Source: an uncultured archaeon (GTDB lineage Archaea; Iainarchaeota; Iainarchaeia; Iainarchaeales; 0-14-0-20-30-16). From it: DNA of 13,685 nt. The stretch covers positions 1,228 through 14,912 of the forward strand of contig CAYZSS010000019.1 of assembly GCA_964480435.1 (NCBI GenBank), in the 5' to 3' direction. Of this stretch, positions 12,542-13,685 are shown piece by piece; within the stretch, counting starts at the first letter, position 1, and each line of letters opens with the position of its first letter. The position numbers and the translations under genes are program-made. The notes beneath the pieces were generated by a model. That model worked only from the letters and a program-made list of their open reading frames with translations, did not search any database and had not been told where the DNA came from.

Positions 12542-12656
12542 ACAGTAAGATGTAATTTTCCAAAAAAGCTTTATTGGCCTTGCAAAGAAAACACGGGTGC
12601 TGTCGCACAGAATAAATAATGTTTAATGAATTAAAAGTAAGAATGAGTTGATAAAT

Positions 12657-13013
12657 ATGAGAAAAGATTTAGATATAAATATAAAGAAAACAATTATTAG
12701 TTTAGAAAAAGCATCAAAGAAAACAAAAAAAGGTTATTTTAAAGCTGTAGCTGATGATTTAAATGTTCCATCAAGGCATAGAGCGTCAGTAAATTTATCT
12801 AAAATAGATAGACTTGCAAAGAAGAATGATAAAGCAACATTTGTTGTTTGTGGAAAACTTCTTGGTACTGGAAATATAACAAAAAAAGTAAGTATTTATG
12901 CTTATAGTTATTCTGATTTAGCTGCGAAAAAATTAGAAACAATGGGAATAACAGTAAAGGTTATGTCAGAATTAATTAATGATGTTCCAAAGAATGTAAT
13001 ATTAGTTAAATAA
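12657..13013 (+). CDS. rpl18e: 50S ribosomal protein L18e
   Basis: 118 aa from the ATG at 12657 (an alternative TTG lies at 12648). ...A..L..PSRHRASVNLSKI.RLAKKND...VV.GK.LG.G.I.K.V...A.S.S..A..K....G match L18e. It is the first gene after the spacer and lacks the strong GGTGAT SD, consistent with a new transcription unit. Confidence 0.88.
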   Translation: MRKDLDINIKKTIISLEKASKKTKKGYFKAVADDLNVPSRHRASVNLSKIDRLAKKNDKATFVVCGKLLGTGNITKKVSIYAYSYSDLAAKKLETMGITVKVMSELINDVPKNVILVK

Positions 13014-13024
13014 GGGTGTTTGAA

Positions 13025-13489
13025 ATGAGTAAAGAAATAAAGAAAAAAGTTGTTATAGATAAAAAACAAGAAACATTGAATTATGATTTTGAAAATGTTG
13101 TTCTTGGAAGAGGAGCAACCTATATTGCTAAAGAACTTCGTAGTGGTAACAACGTAAATATCTACAATGCTGAAAAAGCAGTAATAACTGGCAATAAAAA
13201 AATGATTTTTGAGAAATATCAAGAAAAACAAGATTATGGTGCAAAAGGAAACCCTTTACATGGACCAAAATACCCAAAAACACCACACGGAATAGTAAGA
13301 AGAACTATTAGAGGTATGATAAAAAGAAAGAAAGCAACAGGAATTGATGCTTATAGAAGATTAAGAGTATATATTGGAAATCCTGAAACAACAGTAAAGT
13401 TTACAAAATTAGATAAGGCTATGGCAAACCCTGTAAGGAAACATTTGACTATTGCTGAAGTATCTAAGTTTTTAGGATCTAAATGGTGA
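13025..13489 (+). CDS. rpl13: 50S ribosomal protein L13
   Basis: 154 aa from the ATG at 13025. The track start at 13016 is the GTG of the SD GGGTG. VVID..., VLGR.A..IAK.L..G..V.I.NAEKAVITGNK and GP.YP..P..IV.RTIRGM match L13. Confidence 0.92.
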   Translation: MSKEIKKKVVIDKKQETLNYDFENVVLGRGATYIAKELRSGNNVNIYNAEKAVITGNKKMIFEKYQEKQDYGAKGNPLHGPKYPKTPHGIVRRTIRGMIKRKKATGIDAYRRLRVYIGNPETTVKFTKLDKAMANPVRKHLTIAEVSKFLGSKW

Positions 13490-13494
13490 TATTA

Positions 13495-13685
13495 ATGGTG
13501 GCTAAAGAAGTAAAAGTAGTAAAGAAAGCAATAGCACAAAAAGAAGAACTTAAAAAGACAGTAACTAAAGCCGAAAGTCAAAAGAAACCTGAAGTAAAAG
13601 CAACAGGTAAAGTTTTGACTCCTAAAAAGGAAGTTTCTAAAGCAGTAGTTAAAAAAGAATTGCCAAAGAAAGCAGTGACTCCTAA
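13495..13685 (+). CDS. Partial CDS (3' end outside the window). Lys-rich N-terminal region, probably an extended 30S ribosomal protein S9 by synteny.
   Basis: ATG at 13495, 4 nt after GGTGAT (13485-90), open to the window edge. Translation: MVAKEVKVVKKAIAQKEELKKTVTKAESQKKPEVKATGKVLTPKKEVSKAVVKKELPKKAVTP... No S9 core motif is visible yet. The S9 call rests only on the conserved L18e-L13-S9 order. Confidence 0.5.
   Translation, partial: MVAKEVKVVKKAIAQKEELKKTVTKAESQKKPEVKATGKVLTPKKEVSKAVVKKELPKKAVTP

Noticed and set aside
12607-12612. ACAGAA, reminiscent of the RNase P RNA CR-IV region, raising the idea that the spacer encodes RNase P RNA (an Rpp29 gene is present in the window).
   Set aside because: There is no GAGGAAAGTCC-type CR-I, no other conserved regions and no P4 pairing partner. 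The non-tRNA portions of the spacer are too short and mostly A/T. A hexamer match is chance level.
12334-12650. C/D box or H/ACA sRNA, a tRNA intron or bulge-helix-bulge, a split or permuted tRNA, and a long processing stem pairing the 5' and 3' flanks of the tRNA.
   Set aside because: There is no RUGAUGA/CUGA box pair and no ACA box correctly placed after a pocket-containing hairpin. The tRNA cloverleaf is contiguous with a normal 7-nt anticodon loop. The shared flank words are same-strand repeats rather than complements, and I could find no cross-flank helix longer than 4-5 bp.
13025-13110. A possible insertion near the L13 N-terminus (VVIDKKQETLNYDFENVVLGR).
   Set aside because: The difference is only a few residues relative to my memory of the family, well within normal variation, and I cannot align it rigorously by eye.
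325-13231. All 17 minus-strand ORFs in the track: 325-513, 550-759, 665-1021, 939-1181, 2267-2608, 3417-3668, 3427-3666, 4048-4251, 4321-4575, 4579-5025, 5934-6212, 6638-7000, 7045-7266, 8487-8783, 10004-10354, 10790-11032, 11852-12082 and 12908-13231.
   Set aside because: Each lies entirely antisense to a confidently identified plus-strand gene. Their translations are Phe/Leu/Ser/Ile-rich low-complexity strings, the mirror image of AAA/GAA/AAG-rich coding sequence. They have no SD-like GGTGAT upstream and no recognisable motifs. They are shadow ORFs.
1-13685. CRISPR arrays, transposase or integrase genes, toxin-antitoxin or other defence modules, and rRNA genes.
   Set aside because: Every ORF of meaningful size on the plus strand is accounted for by a conserved translation, secretion or transcription gene. 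There are no spaced direct repeats, no terminal inverted repeats flanking a block and no strand switch. The window is a housekeeping core region, not an accessory island.

Overview
This is an AT-rich archaeal core-genome window (about 30% G+C by eye, standard genetic code). It holds one uninterrupted, all-plus-strand ribosomal-protein supercluster: aSUI1 (partial), Rpp29, S17, L14, L24, S4e, L5, S14, S8, L6, L32e, L19e, L18, S5, L30, L15, SecY, Oxa1/DUF106-like insertase, L34e, Cmk-like, L14e, S13, S4, S11, RpoD, tRNA-Leu(UAA), L18e, L13 and a partial ORF that is probably S9. Genes are tightly packed, often with ATGA or 8-11 nt overlaps. Nearly every start is preceded by a GGTGAT-type Shine-Dalgarno 3-7 nt upstream. 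That let me correct several ORF-track starts that actually begin on the GTG/TTG inside or just before the SD, and recover the 44-aa S14 gene the track missed. I see no CRISPR array, mobile element, defence island or other novel multi-gene system, and I do not want to overstate this conserved housekeeping locus. Five things deserve a second look. (1) A short Lys-rich module (VKATGK-x-L-[AT]-PKK) recurs at nucleotide level on the tails of L24, L32e and the ORF after L13, and S13 and S5 also carry charged N-terminal extensions. (2) The cytidylate-kinase homologue in the conserved L34e-cmk-L14e slot has lost its Walker A P-loop. (3) There is no adenylate kinase gene between secY and the insertase. 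(4) The spc-type and S13/alpha-type clusters are directly fused. (5) The only real non-coding stretch, the 314-nt rpoD-rpl18e spacer, contains the tRNA-Leu, G+C-rich blocks with hairpin potential, and a 3' trailer complementary to the tRNA's own variable arm. The reduced gene set and AT richness suggest a small-genome (DPANN-like) archaeon, but that is inference only.
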